From Vicinamibacteria bacterium (GTDB lineage Bacteria > Acidobacteriota > Vicinamibacteria > Marinacidobacterales > Marinacidobacteraceae): a DNA stretch of 64,000 nucleotides. The position numbers and the translations under genes were made by a program. Numbering within the stretch: the first letter of the stretch is position 1; every line of letters begins with the position of its first letter. The notes beneath the pieces were generated by a model. That model ran no database searches. It had not been told where the DNA came from and saw only the letters and a list, made by a program, of their open reading frames with translations. The stretch covers positions 768,001 to 832,000 of the forward strand of contig OZ241322.1 in assembly GCA_965199715.1 (NCBI GenBank), read 5' to 3'. Of the stretch, positions 36,717-47,604 are shown piece after piece.

Positions 36717-37634
36717 CTAGCTCCGCCCGTGCAGGATGTGCGGGAGGTCGCGCTCCTTCCGCCGCACGCCCGCCTCGCGCCACTGCAGGATCGCGACCGG
36801 AACCACGATCATCGCGAGCGCGACGAGCGCCCTCGAGCTGACCTCCTCGCCCGCGACCAGCCAGCCCAGGAACACCGCGACCAGCGGGTTCACGAAGGCG
36901 TAGGTCCCGACGAGCGCCGGCTCGACCCGGCTCAGCAGCCAACTGTAGGAGAGGAACGCGATCACCGATCCGAAGACGATCAGGTAGAGGAACAGCAGCA
37001 GGTGGAACCGGCCGAGCGAGCTCCAGTCCACCTTCGCCCAGTCGCCCGACGCGGTCGCGAGCCCGAGCAGGACCGAGCCGCCGACCATCTTCTGGGCGCC
37101 GACGGACAGCGGCAGGCAGCGCGGCATCGTCCTGCGGCGCGCCCAGAGGCTGCCCGTCGCCCACGCGATCGGGGCGAACAGCAGCGCGACCACGCCCGCC
37201 GGGTGCAGCGCCGCCTCGGTCCGCCAGGGCGCGACCAGCACGACCACGCCGAGGAACCCGCAGGCGATGCACAGGACGGCCGCCAGCGAAGGCGCCCGCC
37301 GGCTCACGAAGACCGCGTCCAGCCCGACCAGCCAGAACGCGACGGTCGCCACGAGCACGGCCGCCGCGCCCGAGGGAACCCGCACCTGCGCCCAGTGGCC
37401 GAGCCCGTGGGTGCAGGCGAAGAAGAAGACGCCGGCGACCGCCGTCTCCATCCACTCGCGCCGGGTCAGCGGCGCTTCGCCCCGCCGCGCCCAGAGGTAC
37501 AGCAGGAGGCCGGCCGTGAAGAAGCGGCAGCCGGCGAGGAGGAACGGCGGAAGCTCCGCGACCCCCATGCCGATCGCGAGGTAGGCAGCCCCCCAGATCA
37601 GGTAGATCGCGGCGAACGCGAGGGCCTTGCGCAT
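36717..37634 (-). CDS. EamA/DMT-family transporter (YedA-like)
   Basis: IYLIWG, PPFLLAGCRF, YLIVFGS and YAFVNPLVAVFLG motifs; about 10 TM segments. Confidence 0.92.
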   Translation of the reverse strand: MRKALAFAAIYLIWGAAYLAIGMGVAELPPFLLAGCRFFTAGLLLYLWARRGEAPLTRREWMETAVAGVFFFACTHGLGHWAQVRVPSGAAAVLVATVAFWLVGLDAVFVSRRAPSLAAVLCIACGFLGVVVLVAPWRTEAALHPAGVVALLFAPIAWATGSLWARRRTMPRCLPLSVGAQKMVGGSVLLGLATASGDWAKVDWSSLGRFHLLLFLYLIVFGSVIAFLSYSWLLSRVEPALVGTYAFVNPLVAVFLGWLVAGEEVSSRALVALAMIVVPVAILQWREAGVRRKERDLPHILHGRS

Positions 37635-37653
37635 TCGGCCGCGCCCCGGCGAT

Positions 37654-39696
<2,043 letters not shown>

Positions 39697-39796
39697 GATG
39701 GGAGCCTCCCGGAAGAATGGCGGACGGTCACCGGCGCGGGCCGGCCCACCCCTCCGGCCCCGCGTTCGCCGCGCGGAGCGGCGGAACGAAGCGTGG

Positions 39797-39833
39797 ATCG
39801 TACCAAGCCGTTGGTTGCGACAGATGCTGTCGC
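39797..39833 (-). promoter_or_regulatory. Extended -10 for hppA plus a 7-bp inverted repeat over the -35 region
   Basis: Minus strand TGgTACGAT (hexamer 39797-39802); GCGACAG-atg-CTGTCGC at 39817-39833. Confidence 0.45.
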
Positions 39834-39859
39834 GCCCGCTCCGGACGGGGCACCAGGAT

Positions 39860-39970
39860 TTGGGAGCGAGCGCCGAGACCCACGAAATCGTCTTCGAGGT
39901 GACCGAGGCCGCCGAGGGCGGCTACGACGCCCGCGCGATCGGGCACGACGTCTTCACGCAGGGCGACGAC
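39860..39970 (+). pseudogene. 5' fragment of a HicB-like antitoxin
   Basis: [29 protein letters not shown], then abrupt loss of similarity. Confidence 0.65.
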
Positions 39971-40521
39971 GCGCGGATCCACCCCATGAACAGGTGTCGG
40001 CTGATGTCCTGGGCCACGTCCCGCGAGGCTTGGCGGATGCGCACCCGATTCACGTCGCGCAGGCGCGCCGGCGCTGGATCTCCCCGGCCTCCGACGACGA
40101 TGGGGATCCCGTCCAGAGTCCCCTCTCCGGAGAAGGGACCGAACTGCGGCTCGCCGGGCGGCGCGTCGGGGTGGAAGCGCAGCAGGCCTTCGTCGCCCTC
40201 TGACGCCAGGTCGGCGCTGGCGGAGTCTTCCGCCGGGAATCGCTCCATGGCTGCGCGGGCCTCGAGCGCGTTCGCCGGCCCGGCGCCGGCCATCACCGCC
40301 GCGAGGCGCTCGTTCACTGCGGTCGCCGCGTCGGGCTTGACGGTCATCTCGGCCTCGATGCTCCCCGGCTTGACGCCCCGGAGGTGCACGCCGTTCGTCT
40401 CGCCGAGCAGCGTCGCGAGGTGCTTCAGGCACTGCGCCAGGCGCGCCATCGGCTTGGTCTCCGGCGTGTGTTCACGGATGCGGAACCGGAGCGCAACCGG
40501 GTCGGCCGATGCGTCCGCCAT
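39922..40521 (-). pseudogene. 3'-truncated conserved hypothetical protein (family I recall next to PIN-domain genes)
   Basis: GAGGAGG SD + ATG 40521; TPET.PMARLA..L..LA.LLGE...VH.....PGS and LDG...VGG motifs. Similarity ends at about 39970, against the HicB fragment. Confidence 0.5.
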
Positions 40522-40605
40522 TTCGTCCTCCTCTTCCCGCGGCTTCGCGGGGCCGCGATTCCAGGCCCCCGACTGATAGAGTGCCCTGCCGCCCGGAACG
40601 CCCGT

Positions 40606-41412
40606 TTGCTCTCCGCCATCGCCCTTGGGACAGTCGCGCCGGCCGTCTTCCTCACGCTCGCGGCGACCGAGGAGCTTCAGTACCCGGTGGACGTGGCGGT
40701 AGCCGCCGACGGGGCGATCCTCGTGGCCGACCTCGAGGCGGCGGCGGTGCTGCGGTGGAACGGCTCCGACTTCGAGGTCGTGGCGCGCGGCGAGGGCCTC
40801 CCCCGCACCCCCCTCTTCGGCATCCGCCACATCGCTCCGGACGCGGACGGCACGCTCGTGGCGAGCGATCCCGCGACCATGGCGCTGTACCGCCTCGGAG
40901 CCGCCGGCGAGATCGAGCGAATTCCGGACGACGAGCATTTCGTGACTCCGTGGGGCGTCGCGCTGCCGCCGGGCGGCGGGGTGCTCGCGGTGGACCGGGT
41001 GACCCGGCGCCTGCGGCTCCTCTCGGAGAGCGGGATCGAGGACCTCGCCGAGATCGAGGCCGGACGCGCCATCCTGCCGGGGGCGGACGGCGAGCTTTTC
41101 GTTCTGACGGACCGGAACATCGTGCGCGTGCGGGACGGCGCCCTCGAGCCGCTGATCCAGTCGTCCCCGTTCGAGTTCCCGCACGACCTCGCGCGGGGCG
41201 GCGACGGCACCTTCTTCGTGACCGACGGCTACGCCCGCTGCGTGTGGGCCGTCAGCCCCGAAGGGCGGGTCTCCAAGCTGGCCTCGGGAACCCCCTTCAT
41301 GAGTCCGCAGGGGCTCGCCATGACCGGCGACGGCGCGTTGCTGGTCGCGGACGCCCACGCCCGAGCCATCTTCCGGGTCTCCCCGGACGGCTCGATCTCA
41401 CCGCTCGACTAG
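40606..41412 (+). CDS. Secreted NHL-repeat beta-propeller protein
   Basis: Hydrophobic leader; repeats YPVDVAVAADG.ILVAD, TPWGVAL, FPHDLA...FFVTD and SPQGLAM...LLVAD. TTG start uncertain. Confidence 0.8.
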   Translation: MLSAIALGTVAPAVFLTLAATEELQYPVDVAVAADGAILVADLEAAAVLRWNGSDFEVVARGEGLPRTPLFGIRHIAPDADGTLVASDPATMALYRLGAAGEIERIPDDEHFVTPWGVALPPGGGVLAVDRVTRRLRLLSESGIEDLAEIEAGRAILPGADGELFVLTDRNIVRVRDGALEPLIQSSPFEFPHDLARGGDGTFFVTDGYARCVWAVSPEGRVSKLASGTPFMSPQGLAMTGDGALLVADAHARAIFRVSPDGSISPLD

Positions 41413-41427
41413 CAAGGGATCGGAACC

Positions 41428-42789
41428 ATGGCCACCGAACGAGGCAACTGGGGCTCCCGACTCGGGTTCATCCTCGCCGCCACCGGCTCCGCCGTGGGGC
41501 TCGGCAACGTCTGGGGGTTCCCGACGCAGGCCGGACAGGGCGGCGGCGCCGCCTTCGTGCTCGTGTACCTGATCTGCGTGGTGCTCATCTGCTCGCCGAT
41601 CGTGTTCGCCGAGGTGCTGCTCGGACGCTACGCGCAGCTCGGCCCGGCGGGCGCGGTGCGGCGCATCACTCCGCAGCGCTTCTGGTGGGTGCTCGGCGCG
41701 CTCGCGGTCTCGGCCGGCGTGTTCATCCTCTCGTTCTACTCGGTGATCGCCGGTTGGACGCTGCGCTACCTGTGGCTTGCGGTCACCGGCGGGCTCGCCG
41801 CCGACGCCGAGGGCTCGGCCGCGCTGTTCGGCCAGGTCTCCGGCGACGGCCTGATGAGCGTCGTCTTCACCGCGTTGTTCCTGCTCGCGACCGCGTGGTG
41901 CGTGAACCAGGGAATCCGCAAGGGCATCGAGAAGGCGGCGCGGATCATGATGCCGCTGCTGCTGGGCCTGCTCGTGATCCTCGCGATCCGGGCGGTCACG
42001 CTGCCGGGCGCGGCGGAGGGCCTGCGCTACTACCTCCAGCCCGACCTCTCGAAGGCCATGGACCCGACGGTCATGGGCGCGGCGCTCGGGCAGGCGTTCT
42101 TCTCGCTGAGCCTCGGCATGGGCGCCCTCATCACCTACGGCAGCTACCTGCACCGGCAAAGCGCGATCAAGTCCGCGGCGATCGCGATCGTGGGCATCGA
42201 CACCGGAATCGCGCTGCTCGCCGGATTCATCATCTTCCCGGCCGGCTTCTCGATCGCGGGATTCGACCCGTCGGCGGGCGGCCCCGGACTCATCTTCGCG
42301 GTGCTGCCGCAGCTCTTCGCCACGCTGCCGGGCGGCCTCGTCTTCGGCGCGGCGTTCTTCGTTCTTCTCGCGGTCGCGGCCTTCACCTCGACCATCTCGC
42401 TGCTGGAGGTTCCGACCGCGCACGCGATCGACCGCTGGAACTGGACCCGCAAGCAGGCGGTCGCGCGGATCACCGCGTTCACCCTCGCCGCCGCGATCCC
42501 GTCGGCGCTCGCGTTCGGAACGGTCGGATCGCTGACCGAACTCCCGGTGATCGGCGGGAGCTTCTTCGACCTGATGGTGAACGTCTGGAACGAAAACGCG
42601 CTGCCGATCGGCGGCGTGCTGATCTGCCTGTTCGTCGGCTGGAAATGGGGCATGAAGGCCGCCGCGCCCGAGTTCGATCGGGGCGGCGAGAGGTTCCCGA
42701 GCGCGGCGCTGTGGGGATTCCTGATCCGGTTCGTCTCTCCCGCCGCGATCCTGCTCATCGTGATCCAGCACGTCGTCGGCTGGTTCTGA
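41428..42789 (+). CDS. Neurotransmitter:sodium symporter (NSS/SNF) family transporter
   Basis: WGSRLGFILAATGSAVGLGNVWGFP, QAFFSLSLG and GPGLIF motifs. Confidence 0.95.
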   Translation: MATERGNWGSRLGFILAATGSAVGLGNVWGFPTQAGQGGGAAFVLVYLICVVLICSPIVFAEVLLGRYAQLGPAGAVRRITPQRFWWVLGALAVSAGVFILSFYSVIAGWTLRYLWLAVTGGLAADAEGSAALFGQVSGDGLMSVVFTALFLLATAWCVNQGIRKGIEKAARIMMPLLLGLLVILAIRAVTLPGAAEGLRYYLQPDLSKAMDPTVMGAALGQAFFSLSLGMGALITYGSYLHRQSAIKSAAIAIVGIDTGIALLAGFIIFPAGFSIAGFDPSAGGPGLIFAVLPQLFATLPGGLVFGAAFFVLLAVAAFTSTISLLEVPTAHAIDRWNWTRKQAVARITAFTLAAAIPSALAFGTVGSLTELPVIGGSFFDLMVNVWNENALPIGGVLICLFVGWKWGMKAAAPEFDRGGERFPSAALWGFLIRFVSPAAILLIVIQHVVGWF

Positions 42790-42814
42790 GTTCCCGTCGT
42801 AACGGGAGGCATTC

Positions 42815-44179
42815 ATGTCCGAATTCTTCGCCTGGGCGTCCAACGCCATCTACCAGTGGTACGCGCTGCCGCTGCTTCTCGTCGTCTGCGGCCTCTACCT
42901 GACCGTCCGGACCGGCTTCATCCAGGTCCGCGGCTTCGCGGCCGGGATCCGGCAGGTCTTCCGCGGCATGTCGCACGACCAGAAGGGCGCCGAGGGCGAG
43001 ATCACGCCGTTCCAGGCGCTCTCCACCGCGCTCGCCTCGACCGTCGGCAACGGCAACATCGGCGGCGTGGCGACCGCGATCCTCGTCGGCGGCCCCGGCG
43101 CCATCTTCTGGATGTGGGTCACCGCGGTCTTCGGCATGGCCACCAAGTACGCCGAGGCGGTCGCCGGCGTCAGCACCCGCGTGCGCAAGGAAAGCGGGCA
43201 CTTCGCGAGCGGCCCGATGTACTACATCCTGGCCGGCGTCCCGTGGCCGGGAGTCGCGAAGGCGCTCGCGGTGATGTTCTGCGTCTTCGGCGCCGCGACC
43301 GCGCTTCTCGGAACCGGGAACATGGCGCAGTCGAACACGATCGTGGTCACGGCGGTGGCGGCGGCCGCCGACATGGGGGTCACCCTGACCCCGTGGGTCC
43401 CCGGCCTCGTCATCACCGCGCTGGTCGGCGCGGTGCTGCTCGGCGGCATCAGCCGGATCGCGTCGGTGGCCGAGAAGCTGGTTCCCGCGATGCTCGTGAT
43501 CTACCTCGGCATGGCGGTGACGTTCCTCGCGATCAACGTCTCGAGCCTCCCGGCGGTGTTCCAGACCATCATCGCCCACGCCCTGACGCCGCACGCGGCG
43601 GCCGGCGGCTTCCTTGGCGCGAGCGTGCGCCAGGCGATCGCCGCGGGCATCAGCCGGGGCGTGCTCTCGAACGAGGCTGGGCTCGGCAGCGCCCCCATCG
43701 CCCACGGCATCGCCCAGGTGAAGCACCCGGCGCAGCAGGGCCTCGTCGGCGTCTTCGAGGTGTTCGTGGACACCATCGTGGTCTGCAGCATGACGGCGTT
43801 CGCGATCATCTCCTCGGGGCTGTGGACGTCGGGCGACTTCGCGAGCGGCGACCTGACCGCCGCCGCCTACAGCACGACGTTCGGGTTCGCCCCGGTGGTG
43901 ATCGCGGTCTGCTCGCTGCTGTTCGGCTTCTCGACCATCATCGGCTGGTACTACTACGGCGAGACCTGCTGGGAGTACCTGTTCGGCGCGAAGGGCATCT
44001 TCTCGTACCGGGTGATCTACGTGGTGCTGCTGCTCGTCGGCGGCCTCGTGGCCGTCGAGACGGTGTGGAACGTGGGCACGCTCCTCAACGGGTTCATGGC
44101 GTTCCCCAACCTGATCGGCCTGCTCTTCCTCGGCGGCATGGTCGCGAAGAAGACGAAGGAGTACGACCTGCGGTCCTGA
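42815..44179 (+). CDS. Alanine/glycine:cation symporter (AGCS)
   Basis: STVGNGNIGGVA, GGPGAIFWMW, SNEAGLGS, FVDTIVVC and PNLIGL motifs. Confidence 0.95.
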   Translation: MSEFFAWASNAIYQWYALPLLLVVCGLYLTVRTGFIQVRGFAAGIRQVFRGMSHDQKGAEGEITPFQALSTALASTVGNGNIGGVATAILVGGPGAIFWMWVTAVFGMATKYAEAVAGVSTRVRKESGHFASGPMYYILAGVPWPGVAKALAVMFCVFGAATALLGTGNMAQSNTIVVTAVAAAADMGVTLTPWVPGLVITALVGAVLLGGISRIASVAEKLVPAMLVIYLGMAVTFLAINVSSLPAVFQTIIAHALTPHAAAGGFLGASVRQAIAAGISRGVLSNEAGLGSAPIAHGIAQVKHPAQQGLVGVFEVFVDTIVVCSMTAFAIISSGLWTSGDFASGDLTAAAYSTTFGFAPVVIAVCSLLFGFSTIIGWYYYGETCWEYLFGAKGIFSYRVIYVVLLLVGGLVAVETVWNVGTLLNGFMAFPNLIGLLFLGGMVAKKTKEYDLRS

Positions 44180-44191
44180 CCCCCGCGCCGC

Positions 44192-45976
44192 CTACTCGGG
44201 CGGGATGATCGGGAGCACGACCTTCGACGGCCGTTCGGTGTCGTGGTGGATCGTGTTCTCCGCGACGACGACGGGCATGTCCTCGTCCATCTCGCGCCCG
44301 GTGTTCCCGTTCGGATACCACTTGGGGAACGAGCTGCTGGAGACGGTCATGCGGATCCGGTGTCCGGCCTTGAACAGGTTCGAGATCGGGTACATCTCGA
44401 TCGTGAACTTGTACGTTTCGCCGGGAGTCATCAGCGTCGGAGCCTCGTCGCCGTCGCGGTAGCGGGCGCGCAGGATGTTCTGCCGCAGCGTCTGCGAGTA
44501 GCCGTCCGGATGCACGTCGGTGATCGTGACGGTCCAGTCGGTGTCCACCGCGCTGGACGAAGCCCACAGCTCCACGGTGGGCATGCCGGTGACCTCCGTG
44601 TCCTCGGTGAGCGCCGGGGTCGTGAACGTCAGGCTCCGCCGCTCGGCGGGCCGGTTGTCCCGGGCCCCGTTCGGCTCGATGAACAGATCCCCGCCGATCG
44701 AGGGAACCGGGTCGTTCGGGTCGTAGGCGAAGCTCGTCGGCGGCTCGGCGCCCGGCGGCTCGGTCCGCAGCGTCCCGTCGTTCAGGGAGTCGATCGATCC
44801 CGAGGACTCGGCCGAGAAGAAGTAGTCGGTCCGGACCTCCCGGGCCAGCGGGTACTCGTGCTCGCCGCGCCAGGAGTTCGCGCCCATCACGAAGAGGCTC
44901 ACCCGGGGCTCGTCCATGACCCCGTTCTCGATCCCCTTCAGGTGGTGGTCGAACCAGCGCGCCCGCAGCGCGTTGTAGTCGATCGCGGCCTCGGGGCCGA
45001 AGTCGAGGTCGCCGATCACGCGCGCCGTGACGGCGCCGGCTCCGTGGAGCCACGGGCCGATGAACAGCTTCTGGGCGTCGCGGGCGTTCGGCCCGCCCTC
45101 GGCCTGGATGCCGTTGAAGTGGGCGACCTGCGAGTGGGGGTAGCGGTCGTACCAGCTCGCGTAGTGGAAGATCGGAACGTCGATCTGGTCCCAGCGCTCA
45201 TCGACCGCGTACTGGCGCCAGTAGTCGTTGTAGTACGGGTTCTCGATCATGTCCGTCATCATCCGGGTGAGCATGCTCTTGCCGAAGTTCATGCCGGTCT
45301 CGAGGCGCCGCTCGTGCCAGCGCCGCCACGCCTCGTCCCCGCCGACGTAGCCGCCACGCCGGCCCGGGTCGTAGAGCGGAACCGGCTGGACCATCTCGTT
45401 CTGGGTCAGCAGCCACGTCGGCATGATCATGTGGAGCGCCCCGCCGGCCCAGTAGAGATCGCGGTAGGCGTTCGCCGCCGAGTGGGCGCAGAACATCGCG
45501 GCGAGGTGCGGCGGGCGGGTCGGAGCGGTCAGGTACTGGTTGAAGCAGGTGAAGGAGAGGCCCATCGTGCCCACCTTCCCGGTGGACCACGGCTGGGTCC
45601 CCGCCCACTCGATCGTGTCGTGGCCGTCCTGCCGCTCGTGCCACGCCTCGTCCAGCAGCCAGTAGTACACGCCCTCCGAGTTGTAGCGGCCGCGCTCGTC
45701 CTGGACGACCGTGACGTAGCCCCGCTGCGCGAAGTACGGCGCGTGCCGGTGCTCGCAGCCGCCCTTGTTGTAGGGCGTGCGCTCGAGGATGACCGGGAAC
45801 GGGCCGTCGCCCTGCCCCATGGGCATGTACACGTCGGCGGCGAGGCGGACCCCGTCGCGCATGGGAACCATGACCTCGCTGCATTCGTACCCCTGGGCCA
45901 ACGCGCTCCCGGCGGCAAGGAGGAACGCGCCGGCGAAACCGGCGAGGATCGTGAGGAAACGGCGGTTGCGGCTCAT
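44192..45976 (-). CDS. Secreted CocE/NonD-family serine hydrolase
   Basis: MRDGVRLAAD, RTPY, QDERGRYNSEG, GLSF nucleophile elbow, SWYD, GPWLH and SSFP motifs; signal peptide. Confidence 0.92.
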   Translation of the reverse strand: MSRNRRFLTILAGFAGAFLLAAGSALAQGYECSEVMVPMRDGVRLAADVYMPMGQGDGPFPVILERTPYNKGGCEHRHAPYFAQRGYVTVVQDERGRYNSEGVYYWLLDEAWHERQDGHDTIEWAGTQPWSTGKVGTMGLSFTCFNQYLTAPTRPPHLAAMFCAHSAANAYRDLYWAGGALHMIMPTWLLTQNEMVQPVPLYDPGRRGGYVGGDEAWRRWHERRLETGMNFGKSMLTRMMTDMIENPYYNDYWRQYAVDERWDQIDVPIFHYASWYDRYPHSQVAHFNGIQAEGGPNARDAQKLFIGPWLHGAGAVTARVIGDLDFGPEAAIDYNALRARWFDHHLKGIENGVMDEPRVSLFVMGANSWRGEHEYPLAREVRTDYFFSAESSGSIDSLNDGTLRTEPPGAEPPTSFAYDPNDPVPSIGGDLFIEPNGARDNRPAERRSLTFTTPALTEDTEVTGMPTVELWASSSAVDTDWTVTITDVHPDGYSQTLRQNILRARYRDGDEAPTLMTPGETYKFTIEMYPISNLFKAGHRIRMTVSSSSFPKWYPNGNTGREMDEDMPVVVAENTIHHDTERPSKVVLPIIPPE

Positions 45977-46013
45977 GGGAGACCTCCCGGCGGCTGGCGA
46001 AACGCGGGAGTCG

Positions 46014-46043
46014 AGAGTAGGAGGGCCGCCGCGCCCCTGTCAA
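46014..46043 (-). promoter_or_regulatory. Sigma70-type promoter for the CocE gene
   Basis: Minus strand TTGACA-18 nt-TACTCT, then a short leader with a GGGAGG SD. Confidence 0.6.
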
Positions 46044-46059
46044 TCGCCGGCCGGCGAGG

Positions 46060-46716
46060 TCACTTCCTGGTCAGCTTCGGCCCGACGTACACCACGACCA
46101 CCGGTTCGCCCGCCCGGATCGGCCAACTGTGGTGAATCCGCAGGGTCATCCGGCTGACCTTGCCGTGCCACGGGAACATGCGCTTCGCTCCGGGATTCGC
46201 CGGATCCGAAAAGGTCAACTCCCTGCGGAACCTGTTCTTCTCGCGATTCGAAGAGTCCGGGAACGCCGCCCGATCCCCGGTGAAGTAGTCTTGGAAGATC
46301 GCGTGGCCCTCCGCACTGCGAGTCCCATCGGCGCCGAAGGCCCCCGCCAAGCGGTTCAGGACGCCAATTCAAGGGCCAACGAAAACGACCGCCCGGAACT
46401 GAGCTGATCCGTTACGTCCCGCACTCTCCCCAGTCGCACCACCGCTCCGTTCAGGACCAAGCGCCGGGACCACTCGCGCTCGCGCATGGTCTGGTGCACC
46501 AAGCCGAGCGCCTGCATCACCGAGGATTTTCCGGACGCATTGCGACCGCTCAGCACCGTAAGCGGCTCCAGCCCGCAGTTCAGCCGGTCAAAGGTGGGTT
46601 GACCGGATAAGCATGTCATCCAGCGGATAGTCGCCCCACGAAGCGGCCTCGGCTTCCATCCCCTCTGGTTCGGGCCGCTCGTCAGTAACTGCGGCTGAGT
46701 TCTTGTCGATGGACAT
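46060..46716 (-). pseudogene. Collapsed three-gene defence operon remnant (DUF262 5' end / ABC-ATPase 5' end / effector 3' end; Menshen-like)
   Basis: ATG 46716 ...WGDYPLDDMLIR; then LTVLSGRNASGKSSVMQAL (Walker A) stopping at 46356; then ...FTGD...WHGKV...RIHHSWP...VVYVGPKLTRK. Confidence 0.65.
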
Positions 46717-46744
46717 GAGCGAAACTCCGGTGGAGGCGAATCGA

Positions 46745-47599
46745 TTACTTTAGCCGGTCGTACTCCCGAACCACGCAAGCCTTGCCGAAGCCCGGCGTGA
46801 TCGTGTTGTTCCGGGAGAGCTTGCCGAAATCCATCCGCAGCAGGCGGGCGAGGGCGGCGGGCGAGTGGGCCTTGAAGAGGATCCACTGCGTCGTGCGCTC
46901 GCAGCGGTCCGCGTCGGTCTCCTTGCGCCCGTAGTCCTGGTAGCCCTGACGGGGCACCGCGAAATCGAAGCCGTTCCCGAACACGTGGAGCGCCTGGCGC
47001 GTGTTGTTGTACTGCCACATGTCGAAGTCGGGGTGGCGGATGGGGGGCGGCTGGCGAAGCCGGAGATCGGGGTAGCCGTGGCCCGGCGCGCGGGTCCAGA
47101 CCTGGAACTCGGCGTTCAGTCGATAGTCGGGGTTGTCGGGGGTGTAGAACGCGCTTTCGGGCAGCGCGTGCGTCGCGATCCACTGGAGGTCGGGGCGGAG
47201 GTTCCGGTGGACCGAGTACTTGCGGAACTGCACCGGGACGATCATGGCGATCGTGCTCGCGAATTCCGCGGCCCGGTTGAAGAAGCGGGTCGCGAGCCGG
47301 GCGCGGTGTCCGAAGGGCGGGTTGCCGACGACCGCCGTGCGGTCCGGTTCCGCCTCGGGCGGACGCCACGTCAGGAAGTCCTCCCGGCGGACGCCGTCGG
47401 CTCCCGGCTCCACGTCCATGCCGATGCGGCGGGACTCGGGCAGCAGCCGGAAGAACGCCCCTTCGCCGGCCGAGGGTTCGACCCACAGGAGTCGGTCCCA
47501 GTCGAGGAAGTCCCGCGCGACCGCGCGCAGGAACCGGAGGCAGTCCCGCGCCACGGCGCCCTTCGTGTAGAACTGGTCCAGCCGCCGGGCGCGGTGCAT
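46745..47599 (-). CDS. Orphan N6-adenine DNA methyltransferase-like protein
   Basis: Motif order DQFYT (X), EPSAGEGAF (I), DF, GNPPF (IV), i.e. gamma-type. ATG at 47599. Confidence 0.8.
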   Translation of the reverse strand: MHRARRLDQFYTKGAVARDCLRFLRAVARDFLDWDRLLWVEPSAGEGAFFRLLPESRRIGMDVEPGADGVRREDFLTWRPPEAEPDRTAVVGNPPFGHRARLATRFFNRAAEFASTIAMIVPVQFRKYSVHRNLRPDLQWIATHALPESAFYTPDNPDYRLNAEFQVWTRAPGHGYPDLRLRQPPPIRHPDFDMWQYNNTRQALHVFGNGFDFAVPRQGYQDYGRKETDADRCERTTQWILFKAHSPAALARLLRMDFGKLSRNNTITPGFGKACVVREYDRLK

Positions 47600-47604
47600 C
47601 GGCG

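Noticed and set aside
46356-47486. 376-aa ORF ending in a Walker A ATPase segment
   Set aside because: Its first ~290 aa are an alternate frame of the methyltransferase and the DUF262 remnant; only the last ~80 aa are an ATPase fragment.
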